IMG/VR virus record: IMGVR_UViG_3300009068_000052
Span: 1-53,914 of that record
Strand: one strand, 5' to 3'
Length of the DNA: 53,914 nucleotides
Source of the DNA: a virus
Taxonomy: Duplodnaviria > Caudoviricetes
Shown: one piece after another, positions 17,001 to 24,627 of the stretch
Numbering within the stretch: the stretch's first letter is position 1
Layout: each line of letters starts with the position of its first letter
The notes under the pieces: model-generated
What the model saw: only the letters and a program-made list of their open reading frames with translations
The model's database searches: none
What the model was told of the DNA's origin: nothing
Position numbers and translations under genes: made by a program

Positions 17001-19276
17001 CAGTTGCCGTAAACCGTTGATGCGGCACTGGCTGTCAACGTCATTGCACTGGTTCGTGCTGATGCGTCAAATGTACCGATGTTCCACACGGCCTCAACAG
17101 TAATTACTCCCGTCACGCTTCCTGTATTGTCAAAGACAGCGGTGTCTTGAGCTAATGGGAAATTGTTAAGCGCAGGAGTGCCGCCAGAGCTTGTGGCCCA
17201 AGCCGTGGCAGACCAGTTCTGCGCTCCTGCCAAGTTCCAGTAAACAGTTTTTGCACCGGGAAATGTAATACCTGTGTTCCCGCCGCAGTTACCGGCGCGG
17301 GTTGGGGAGCTACCAGCGGCTGCTCCTGCAATAGTGATGTCGCGGAAGTCGCAATCGTCAGCAGACAGCGTTGCTACGGTAAGGGTGCGGGTAGTGCCAA
17401 CGGTGTCAGAGCGCAAGAAAATGCGGCGAACAGCCGAAGCGCCCGCACAGGTCAGTGTTCCCGTGATGGTTGCAGTTCCAGAAAATAAATATCTGAGAGC
17501 GCCCGCAGATGCTGGTGCAGTAAACGAAAGATTCCTGTATGTGTTGTTGCCGGTTATTGTGGCTGATATTGCACCAGAAGTGCCTGTAAAAGATACATCA
17601 TAAAAAGTTAAATTTGCACTAGTTAATTGTGTTCCTGAAGACGCTCCAGAAAAAACAATGCTTGATGTTCCTGCATTAAATGTTAAATTAGTAATTGTTC
17701 CCGCATCTATGGCAGAAGAAGTGCCACTCAAAGTTACCGTACTAGAGCCAAGAGTAATAGTTCTTACATTGCTGTTACTAGATATCAATGATTGTGCAGT
17801 GACGTTGTAGTTCTTGGTGTCAAACGTGCCGTTGGTGACAGTTAAGGCGGTTGTGCCAATATTTAACGCATCAGCAAGTTCAACTGAGCCGCCGTAGGAA
17901 TCAACGGTTAACGCTTGAGTAAATGTTCTGGTTGCACTAGTAATTGTTTGAGTGTTACGCCCTGAATAAGTAAGTGCGGCTGTGCCAGATAGAGTTGTTC
18001 CAGACCCGTTTGTCCAATTGCCATAAATAGCAAATGCGGTTGTAGCCAACGTCATCGCACTTGTGCGACCAGACATATCTACCGTCCCCGTGTAGGGAAT
18101 GGCAGCATCCATCGTGATGGTTCCAGTAACACTACCCGCATTAGTAAATGTTGCGGTATCTTGCGCTAACGGGAAGTTGTCTGTTGATGGCGTTCCTGCG
18201 GATGTAGTTGCCCAGCCTGTCGCTGACCAGTTCTGCGCCCCTGCAAGGTTCCAGTACACAATCTTGGCGGTGCTGAATGTAATGCCAGAGCAGCCCCGCA
18301 GGTTGCCTATACGAGTCCCAGAGATGGGCGCAGCAGTGCCAACAACGTAAAGGTCACGGAAGTCTGCGTCAGTCAGGCTTGCTGCGCTGTTGACGGTAAG
18401 AGTTTGGGCAACGCCGTAGGTCGCTCCTTGGAACAAGACTCGGCGGTTTCCTGCTGTGCCTGTGGTAGAAAGTGCGCCGCTAATTGTTTGGCGAGAATCA
18501 AAGGTTAGTATTATCACTCCCGCAGAGGAGGGGCCAGTAACTGATAAATTGTTAAATGTGTTTATTGACCTAATGCCGTTGGTTCCCGCCGATGTACCAG
18601 TTAATGATACATTGTAAAAAGTAACTCCAGTTGCACCAGTTGGCCCACCTGTAATTATTGAGCTAATTGATGAGCCAATTATTGTTGACGTTCCAGCGTT
18701 AAAAGTTAAATTTGTATTTGTTGAAAAACTTACCACTGACGAGCTACTTAGCGTAACCGTACTGCTACCCAAATTGATTGCACGGACGTTGCTATTACTA
18801 GAATTTATAGATGTTGCAGTTACATTGAAGTTGTTGGTGGTAAAAGTTCCCTGCGTAAGAACAATTTGATTAGAAGACGTAAACGCATCGCCTAATGTCA
18901 CAGTAATGCCGCTGCCGCTGATTGACAAAATCCCACTAAAGGTTTTGCCCGCGCTAGTCAGAGTTCCTGTTCCATCGAAGGTTAATGTGCCACTATATGT
19001 AAACGTCATCCCTGATACAAGGGTAAAACTTCCAGACACTGTAATTGCAGCACTACCAGCTAGAGTTCCAGTAAACCCAGTGCAAGTGATTGATTTAGCG
19101 CCTGTATTGCCAGTAGAGATAGTACAAGTCACTGCACCAGAAGCGGCATCAAAGAACACATCATCAGCAGACGTAGGGATGGCAGAGCCACCAGCGCCGC
19201 CAGACGTAGTGGCCCATTTAGACCCCGCCGTACCGTCCCAGTTTGCAGTACCACCAACCCAGAAACGGTTAGCCAT
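14096..19276 (-). CDS. Giant repeat-built fibre/adhesin-like virion protein
   Basis: 1726 aa, T/S/G/A-rich. Five ~330-aa modules begin with (F/Y)WVGGT..W or YWNLA...NWS...WAT(S/T)S. Confidence 0.7.
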   Translation of the reverse strand: MANRFWVGGTANWDGTAGSKWATTSGGAGGSAIPTSADDVFFDAASGAVTCTISTGNTGAKSITCTGFTGTLAGSAAITVSGSFTLVSGMTFTYSGTLTFDGTGTLTSAGKTFSGILSISGSGITVTLGDAFTSSNQIVLTQGTFTTNNFNVTATSINSSNSNVRAINLGSSTVTLSSSSVVSFSTNTNLTFNAGTSTIIGSSISSIITGGPTGATGVTFYNVSLTGTSAGTNGIRSINTFNNLSVTGPSSAGVIILTFDSRQTISGALSTTGTAGNRRVLFQGATYGVAQTLTVNSAASLTDADFRDLYVVGTAAPISGTRIGNLRGCSGITFSTAKIVYWNLAGAQNWSATGWATTSAGTPSTDNFPLAQDTATFTNAGSVTGTITMDAAIPYTGTVDMSGRTSAMTLATTAFAIYGNWTNGSGTTLSGTAALTYSGRNTQTITSATRTFTQALTVDSYGGSVELADALNIGTTALTVTNGTFDTKNYNVTAQSLISSNSNVRTITLGSSTVTLSGTSSAIDAGTITNLTFNAGTSSIVFSGASSGTQLTSANLTFYDVSFTGTSGAISATITGNNTYRNLSFTAPASAGALRYLFSGTATITGTLTCAGASAVRRIFLRSDTVGTTRTLTVATLSADDCDFRDITIAGAAAGSSPTRAGNCGGNTGITFPGAKTVYWNLAGAQNWSATAWATSSGGTPALNNFPLAQDTAVFDNTGSVTGVITVEAVWNIGTFDASARTSAMTLTASAASTVYGNWTFGTGVSPSSNANTITFGGRGTQTITSNGVSFGCLVAVDSSTGTVQLADALTLIAGRGFTHLSGTFDAVAYNFTADALSGPSSAAILKMGSGTWTLSGTGSVWSFNASSVLYKGTANIVLSNTTTTDRTFSGQSFSYNKLTIGGATGISTTTITGDNQFTELASTKTVAHTIALGTTTQTFGAWTVTGTVGNVVTVTGTGVSHVIAGARVSGVDYLAMGTIGFIATSPGEFYAGANSTGTGTGVILTAAPTATTRYWVGGTGTWTAASTTNWSTSSGGVSGASVPTSADAVIFDTLSNATAYTVTCTATQLRCAALTMAGPATGNVTWAGTAPLAIHGNVSLAATGITRSYTGGIILSGSATGKTFTTNGVSLSAGGTDTVQINGVGCGWTLGSAADLGNNAGFNVVNGSFSTANYSLTTSYMRASGQNITAITLGSSTLTMNGSSSAIGFGTTETSRASLTFNAGTSQINIAVSNLNFQGNNQTFYNVSLTGELLANMTGVNTFNNLVLGASTTSTINNKVISANQTINGTLTISAGTDATMRTFVQSNTLGTTRTLTCAAFAGTDADFRDITIAGAAAPASGTRLGDCKGNSGITFGAGTTKYWNLAAGGNWSAIGWATSSGGAPAINNFPLAQDTCLFEATGLTSGNTVTINAAYNIGTINMAARTTNTMTLADGQTHGVYGNWVNGTGTTLSGAGTLIFAGRTSQTITNAGRTFTQGFTISTPGGSVTLQDNFSSSNNTTGALTLAYGTFNANVYNVTFTGTTTQLNFSSTSNVRTMAVGSGTWTVPGTNAGAWNAGATPTNLTITGTGTITLTGATAKSFIGGGLSYSGITLDQGGAGTLTITNNNTFANISNTYKATGATNITLGTTTQTVGSFTASGEVGRVLTVQGSSASSPCTLVYTGVGQATSATTDYLTITGVRAYSLADTFYAGANSTNNGSLGWIFSSASPATGSGGKFFFVFG

Positions 19277-19278
19277 GC

Positions 19279-19473
19279 TTACACCTCTTCAGAGGGAGGT
19301 GCTTCTTCAGTCACTTCTTCTACGGGAGGTGCAGTCACCACGGCAATCCAGTTGTCCACGCGCTGCTGCTTCATGGCTTGGATTTCTGCATCGGTGAATG
19401 CGTGGTCATCCGGTAAATGCAAGGCATCGCGGAACATGCCGTGAGCGGTATCAAATTCAAAGTCAATCTTCAT
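19279..19473 (-). CDS. Small fibre-associated hypothetical protein
   Basis: 64 aa with AGGAG RBS, located between fibre genes. Confidence 0.75.
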   Translation of the reverse strand: MKIDFEFDTAHGMFRDALHLPDDHAFTDAEIQAMKQQRVDNWIAVVTAPPVEEVTEEAPPSEEV

Positions 19474-19483
19474 ATCATGCTCC

Positions 19484-20440
19484 TTATGCTTGAGTCGTTA
19501 CTGCGACCACATCCCAGCGGGTGTTCGTGCTGTTGTAGATGCAGCCAACATAAACCATTTTATTCGCGGTGGTGGTCGCTGGAAGCGTAACACCGATGAC
19601 GGTGTAGGTTGCGTTCCAAGAGATGGTCTGGGCCGTGCCGTTGTCCAAGATGCGGAGTGTCAGCCTGTTCCCGTCTACCGGGGTTCCTGTGGGTGCAGCT
19701 ACGGTCAATCCCACCGCCTGCGCGGTCAGGTTGTACTGGTCAAAGGACGATATGTCAGGCGTCAGCGTGGCCGTCGATGCGGTGCTGGAAGTCCTTGGGT
19801 CGATGCGCTTGTTGGTTAACGTGGCAGTCCCGCTGCCAGTTGGGACGCCGCTTGCTGTGTTTGCGTTATTCCCAAGCGCTGTAGCCACCCCGGTGCCCAG
19901 ACCGGACACGCCCGTGGATATTGGCAATCCCGTTGCGTTGGTCAGAGTCCCGCTGCTGGGTGTGCCCAGAGCGCCGCCGTTGACTACAAAGGAGCCTGCC
20001 GTTCCGGTATTCACACCCAAAGCCGTAACAACCCCAGTGCCCGTGGTGGTGGTTGCGGGAGCGGCCCCTGCTCCTCCGCCCAAAACAATTGAGCTTGCAG
20101 CCAATGCGGCAGAGGTAGCCCAAGTGGTTCCGCTTGAGAAATATGGAATGCCTCCGCTTGTTCCCGCAACAGTCAGGGCCAAGGTGCCGCTCGTGGTGAT
20201 GGGAGAACCTGTAACAGAAACAATACCACCAGTAAACGTCTGGGCAACCGATGACACGGTGGCGCTAGATGCCGTAGCTGACGCCAACAGCTTGACGGTT
20301 CCTGCACTATTTTTGAAGTACAGCTTCTCATCCACGGTGTTGAGGGCAAGCTCTCCAGCAACCAAATTAGCGGCAAGCGGGGCAGCCGCAGCCGTGGTGC
20401 TGTAGTACAGCGATATGGGGGTGTAGCCAGTTGCAGCCAT
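19484..20440 (-). CDS. Fibre-like structural protein
   Basis: 318 aa. N-terminal 'L..GELALN..D.KLYFKN..G' motif common in fibre proteins; shares a ~125-aa block with the upstream gene. Confidence 0.7.
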   Translation of the reverse strand: MAATGYTPISLYYSTTAAAAPLAANLVAGELALNTVDEKLYFKNSAGTVKLLASATASSATVSSVAQTFTGGIVSVTGSPITTSGTLALTVAGTSGGIPYFSSGTTWATSAALAASSIVLGGGAGAAPATTTTGTGVVTALGVNTGTAGSFVVNGGALGTPSSGTLTNATGLPISTGVSGLGTGVATALGNNANTASGVPTGSGTATLTNKRIDPRTSSTASTATLTPDISSFDQYNLTAQAVGLTVAAPTGTPVDGNRLTLRILDNGTAQTISWNATYTVIGVTLPATTTANKMVYVGCIYNSTNTRWDVVAVTTQA

Positions 20441-22218
20441 TAGAAAGTACCTCCGAAGATTCCAGTTGTAGCCGTCACAGTTGTGAACGCGCCAGTTGTT
20501 GCAGTAGTAGCCCCGACAGTGCCGTTGATGTTAATTGATGCAGTTCCGGTCAGGTTGGTGACCGTGCCGCTGCTTGGCGTACCAAGAGCGCCGTTAAAAG
20601 TGATTGGCGCACCAGCAGAACCAATGGAAATTGCCAACGCGGTAGCCACGCCAGTTCCAAGGCCCGAAACACCTGTAGATATTGGCAAACCTGTTGCGCT
20701 CGTCAGGGTGCCGCTGCTTGGGGTTCCTAGTGCCCCACCGTTGACCACAAAAGCCCCGGCAGAGCCTGTATTCACGCTCAAGGCAGTTACAACGCCCGTT
20801 CCCGTGGTTGTCGTTGCCGGTGCGGCCCCAGCACCGCCGCCAAGCACGATTGCATTTGCGGCCAGTGCCGCGCTGGTGGCCCAAGTCGTTCCGCTGCTGA
20901 AATACGGAACACCGCCGCTGGTTCCTGCCACGGTCAGCGCAAGAGTGCCGCTGGATGTGATTGGGGAGCCAGCAACAGAAATTAAGCCGCCAGTGAAGGA
21001 CTGCGCTACGCTGGTGACGGTTCCGCTTGTCGCTGGCGCAGCCCAAGTAGGTGCGCCGCCTGTGGTGGCCGTCAGGACTTGCCCCGTCGTTCCCGCCGCC
21101 GTTGCCACTGGTGTAGCGCCTGCGCCGCCGCCGTACACAACCCCGTACTGGGTCAGGGCTGCACTGGACGCCCATGTGCTGGAGCTGCTGAAATAAGGGA
21201 TGCCGCCGCTGGTTCCAGCAACCGTAAACGCCGGGGTCGTAGTGGCATTTGCCACCGAAATGATGCCGCCAGTGAAGCTGACGCTGGTGACCGTGCCGCC
21301 AGAATTGCTTGCGTTAATAGTCTGGTTGGGCCAAGTTCCGGTAATGACGACGTTTGTGCCAGCCACCAAGGAGGGGGTTGCAGTTCCGGTGCCGCCGTTC
21401 AAAACATTAAGCACGCCGTCCAACACAACCGGCCCTGTTGTCGGAGAGGAGGGTGTAAGCCCAGTTGTGCCGCCGCTGAAGCTGCTGACGTCAATATTTG
21501 ACGCAAAATTAGCCCAAGCGCCGTTGATGTAACCCTCAAACACATCGGTTTCTGTGTTGTAGCGGATCATCCCGTCAAAAGGACTGACGGGGCGGTCTGC
21601 TGTGGCACCAGCGGGCACGGTCACGCTGGCCGCGCCGGGGATTATGGGGTTGTTAGCCAAGGCAACAGTTGGGGAGCCACCTACTGCGTTTCCAAAGCTC
21701 ACCGCAATCTGACTTGCTGTTCCCTGAAGGGTTACCGCTCCCACTCCGCCCGCTGTGGTGATAGTCAGGAGTCCATTGGCACTAAGGTTTGCAAGGTTCA
21801 GCGGCGCTCCAATCAACGAGATGACCGGGTCACCGGCTACGCCGTTTCCGTTGGTGATGCTCAGGCCAGTTCCAGAAACCGTGAAGGAACGGGCCGCAAT
21901 GGCCGTCCCAGACGTTTTTACTTGAAATCCAGTGCCGGAGTTCACCAAAGACAACAACGCGCCTGTAGAGCTGATATTGAACAGGCCCTGCGCACCGCCA
22001 TCGGTGATGGTCAGGCCGTTGGTCACGCCAACATAGCGGCTGTTTGCCAACTGCGGGGTTTGGGTGACCGTCAGATAGCTGTAGGTCTGGACAGGTGAGC
22101 CAGCAAGCGCCGCAGTCGTGGTCTGGACTGTCACCCCATTTTGGACGATAGGAACCGCCTCAGTGCCCGTAATAGCACCAGCGGTTGGGAGTTGGAGTAT
22201 GGTGACTTGTGCGGACAT
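20440..22218 (-). CDS. Fibre-like structural protein
   Basis: 592 aa with 'P.G.TA.RP....GMIRYNT....FEGY..GAW' and 'GVL.V.NGGTG' fibre motifs. Confidence 0.7.
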   Translation of the reverse strand: MSAQVTILQLPTAGAITGTEAVPIVQNGVTVQTTTAALAGSPVQTYSYLTVTQTPQLANSRYVGVTNGLTITDGGAQGLFNISSTGALLSLVNSGTGFQVKTSGTAIAARSFTVSGTGLSITNGNGVAGDPVISLIGAPLNLANLSANGLLTITTAGGVGAVTLQGTASQIAVSFGNAVGGSPTVALANNPIIPGAASVTVPAGATADRPVSPFDGMIRYNTETDVFEGYINGAWANFASNIDVSSFSGGTTGLTPSSPTTGPVVLDGVLNVLNGGTGTATPSLVAGTNVVITGTWPNQTINASNSGGTVTSVSFTGGIISVANATTTPAFTVAGTSGGIPYFSSSSTWASSAALTQYGVVYGGGAGATPVATAAGTTGQVLTATTGGAPTWAAPATSGTVTSVAQSFTGGLISVAGSPITSSGTLALTVAGTSGGVPYFSSGTTWATSAALAANAIVLGGGAGAAPATTTTGTGVVTALSVNTGSAGAFVVNGGALGTPSSGTLTSATGLPISTGVSGLGTGVATALAISIGSAGAPITFNGALGTPSSGTVTNLTGTASININGTVGATTATTGAFTTVTATTGIFGGTF

Positions 22219-22577
22219 TATGTACTCGTATTGCTAGGTGGGCTGGGTGCAATCGTATCCTTGTTCCCCGTCTGCGTAGGCGTCTGCGTGTTCTGCTCGG
22301 TGGAGATTTGAAACTCGTTGTTGCCGCCAGTCAGCAGGTAGTCATCGTTCGCCGCAACGCTCAAATCTGGGCGGGGAAAGCGGATGTTGATGCGCTCTGT
22401 TTTCCTTGCGGGCAGGCGGTACGGGTCAAGCTCGTCAGCGCAACCTTCATTGCACACACGCAGGCCGGGAAGGTTGGGGTCATTCCTCATCACCGAATGG
22501 GCACGCTTCATCTTGCACCTATCACAAACCGCAATAGAAAGCGTGGAGTTGCCAAGGGTGTCGAGGAAGATTGGCAT
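22218..22577 (-). CDS. Conserved phage protein with Cys cluster (CDRC...C...C.D..DP)
   Basis: 119 aa, translationally coupled on both sides. Confidence 0.7.
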   Translation of the reverse strand: MPIFLDTLGNSTLSIAVCDRCKMKRAHSVMRNDPNLPGLRVCNEGCADELDPYRLPARKTERINIRFPRPDLSVAANDDYLLTGGNNEFQISTEQNTQTPTQTGNKDTIAPSPPSNTST

Positions 22578-23638
22578 TACCGTGTGTACACAGAAATGTT
22601 GGGAGCGAAGTAGATAGGCGACTTGTCGCGCTCCTCATCCTCAGCCATCGACAGGTACTTTGCAGCCTGTCCTTCAAGGTATGTCACTCGATTTAAGTCC
22701 ACACCGGGCAACTCCTGCGACATCTGGTGCGCCAACATGCTCAACACGGCCATGTACCAGCGCTGTGGCACTTCCAGTTCGCCGTACAGGTCGCCCACGT
22801 CCATGATTTGGCGCGAGTACCACACCGTCATTTGGTAGAAAGCATTCTGCGGGGTCGGCCACAGCCAGATTTGCGACTGCGGGATGGTGCGGTTAAACCA
22901 GAACTGGAACGGCTGGTTGGCCGTGAAGTTCTTGTTGGGCAGGTTGGTGTAGTCGTCGCGGTTCAGGCGCGACATCGTAATTTCAGTTGAGTTGTTGCCG
23001 AAGTACAGTTCGCGCAGACTCAGCGTGGTGGTGTTGTAGGCGCGGATGCGGTAGAAGCTGACGTTCTGCCCGTACTCAATGTCCGTCCAAACCCACTCGT
23101 TGTTGACCACAACAATGCTGCCCAAGTCCACGAGGGTTTGCCAAGTAGTGCCGTCAATCGAGTATTCGTAGATGATTGACCATGTGCCAGACGCTGCGGG
23201 CAAAAACCCGATGGAGCCAACGTAGATGGGGTTGGCCGTACCGAAGTTGACCGAGATGTTTCCATTCGCCGATGTCTGGGTGCAGATGGTGTCCACATCG
23301 CCGTCATACAGGTTGGCCGTTGTGCCGCCAGCAGACGAGGTGTACGAGCCGTTGGGCCTGTCCAGATAGCGGTACAGGGCATTCAGGACATCGTTGCCGC
23401 CCAGAGGCAGGTCGTAGATGTACTTGTCCGCCGTGAAGCCGTAGACCTTCTTGTCGATGGCCCAGTATTGGATGCCGATGTTGATGAGGTTGGACAGCAA
23501 GAAGAACAGCGACTCGCGGGCAGACAGCACCTGCTCCGAAGTCAGTTCTTCCGCCAGCTTGCCACAGCGACGAGCGCCGTGGTCAATCAGGGTCTGTACC
23601 GTTATGACGGTAGTGCCAGTCGTACCAGAGTAAGCCAT
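22577..23638 (-). CDS. Head-completion/adaptor-type virion protein with inserted discoidin-like domain
   Basis: 353 aa. Adaptor-like N-terminus (A.RRCG...SAR.SL..L...L.N.G) and C-terminus (R.DY..LPNK...P.Q.W..R...LWP.P). Central LYDGD...EYS.DG.TW...YRIR segment. Confidence 0.6.
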   Translation of the reverse strand: MAYSGTTGTTVITVQTLIDHGARRCGKLAEELTSEQVLSARESLFFLLSNLINIGIQYWAIDKKVYGFTADKYIYDLPLGGNDVLNALYRYLDRPNGSYTSSAGGTTANLYDGDVDTICTQTSANGNISVNFGTANPIYVGSIGFLPAASGTWSIIYEYSIDGTTWQTLVDLGSIVVVNNEWVWTDIEYGQNVSFYRIRAYNTTTLSLRELYFGNNSTEITMSRLNRDDYTNLPNKNFTANQPFQFWFNRTIPQSQIWLWPTPQNAFYQMTVWYSRQIMDVGDLYGELEVPQRWYMAVLSMLAHQMSQELPGVDLNRVTYLEGQAAKYLSMAEDEERDKSPIYFAPNISVYTR

Positions 23639-23647
23639 TGGTGTTCC

Positions 23648-24157
23648 TTACCAGCCGGGACAATTCCACCGCTGCATTGAAGCCCTTGAACGGCTTCCCT
23701 TATCGCTTTTCTCAGCTACTGGCTCCATCCGAGCGCAGAAAGAATCGCGTCTTGAACCGCCCTGTGGCTGGGGAGCCTTCAGGTTGGAACCAGTCTCACG
23801 ATTGTACTTCTCGCGGCCCTTTGCGGTCAGTCCTGCGCCTTGTTTGGCGGGCAGTTTTTCACCACGCCCAATAGCCAAGCTCGGGCCACCATTCTTCAGT
23901 TTGGCGGTTTTGGCTGACTCTCGGAAGGCTTCAGCCGTTGGCGCACCTTTGCTGCCCACTCGGCGCATTTTTTCGCCAGAGCCTTCAGCAATTCTTTCAC
24001 GTTTTGCAGCGATGTTGGCATACAAGCCACCTTCCTTCATGTTCTTGTCGGCCTTGACAAACTCTTTGCCGACCTTCTGCGGGACGCCACCAAACCCGCC
24101 CTTGGTGTGGGCCGCAGCCGCCATCAGGCGGTGCTGGGCAGCAGATTTGCTGGGCAT
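23648..24157 (-). CDS. Basic three-module protein with modules joined by MKEGG and LKNGG
   Basis: 169 aa: MPSKSAAQHRLM.. / GGLYANI.AKR.RI..GSGEKMR / GGPSL...GLTAKGR...RRDSFCARM...RWNC. Confidence 0.8.
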   Translation of the reverse strand: MPSKSAAQHRLMAAAAHTKGGFGGVPQKVGKEFVKADKNMKEGGLYANIAAKRERIAEGSGEKMRRVGSKGAPTAEAFRESAKTAKLKNGGPSLAIGRGEKLPAKQGAGLTAKGREKYNRETGSNLKAPQPQGGSRRDSFCARMEPVAEKSDKGSRSRASMQRWNCPGW

Positions 24158-24159
24158 GA

Positions 24160-24585
24160 TTACAACGTGCTGTAGGGGTTGACGTAGTGCTTTTGCATCT
24201 CCAGCACTATGGTGTAGGTGTCGCCTGCGGAACCATCTAGTGTGGTGAAAGAAATGCCGCCCGTTTTTCCTGCGCCAGCATTGTTCGTCAAACCACCAAT
24301 TTTTGAATAGTCCTGCGTGTAGGAGTTGTTCTGAGGTATGACCTCAATCACAACAGGCGCGGTAGCAACCCAGTTCATTTGAACTTCCAGTCCGTGGGTC
24401 AACCCAGTCACCTTCAAAATGGACACAGCATCGCAAGCCCCACCAGCAGCAGATGCTGCCAAGTTTGCTGGGTTTACCTTGACGACGTTGGTCTCATTTT
24501 CAGTCGCGCTCATGGTCGCGTAAAACTTCATGATGGCAATGCGCTCACCATCAAAAAGCGTTTGAGAGGTAGCTGTAATAGCCAT
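24160..24585 (-). CDS. Virion structural protein (hypothetical)
   Basis: Likely start MAITATSQTLFDG after a GGAGA RBS. C-terminal 'G.TG.I.FTT...GD.YTIVLE..K'. Confidence 0.7.
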   Translation of the reverse strand: MAITATSQTLFDGERIAIMKFYATMSATENETNVVKVNPANLAASAAGGACDAVSILKVTGLTHGLEVQMNWVATAPVVIEVIPQNNSYTQDYSKIGGLTNNAGAGKTGGISFTTLDGSAGDTYTIVLEMQKHYVNPYSTL

Positions 24586-24600
24586 AAAAATCTCCAAAGA

Positions 24601-24625
24601 AAGCGGGGGCCGAAGCCCCCACTTG
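24601..24625 (-). terminator. Rho-independent terminator
   Basis: Minus strand reads AAGTGGGGGC-TTCG-GCCCCCGCTT followed by TCTTT, right after the stop at 24628. Confidence 0.75.
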
Positions 24626-24627
24626 TT

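Noticed and set aside
19484-22218. Diversity-generating retroelement TR/VR pair in the duplicated fibre blocks
   Set aside because: There is no reverse transcriptase in the genome, and the differences are general synonymous changes rather than adenine-specific.
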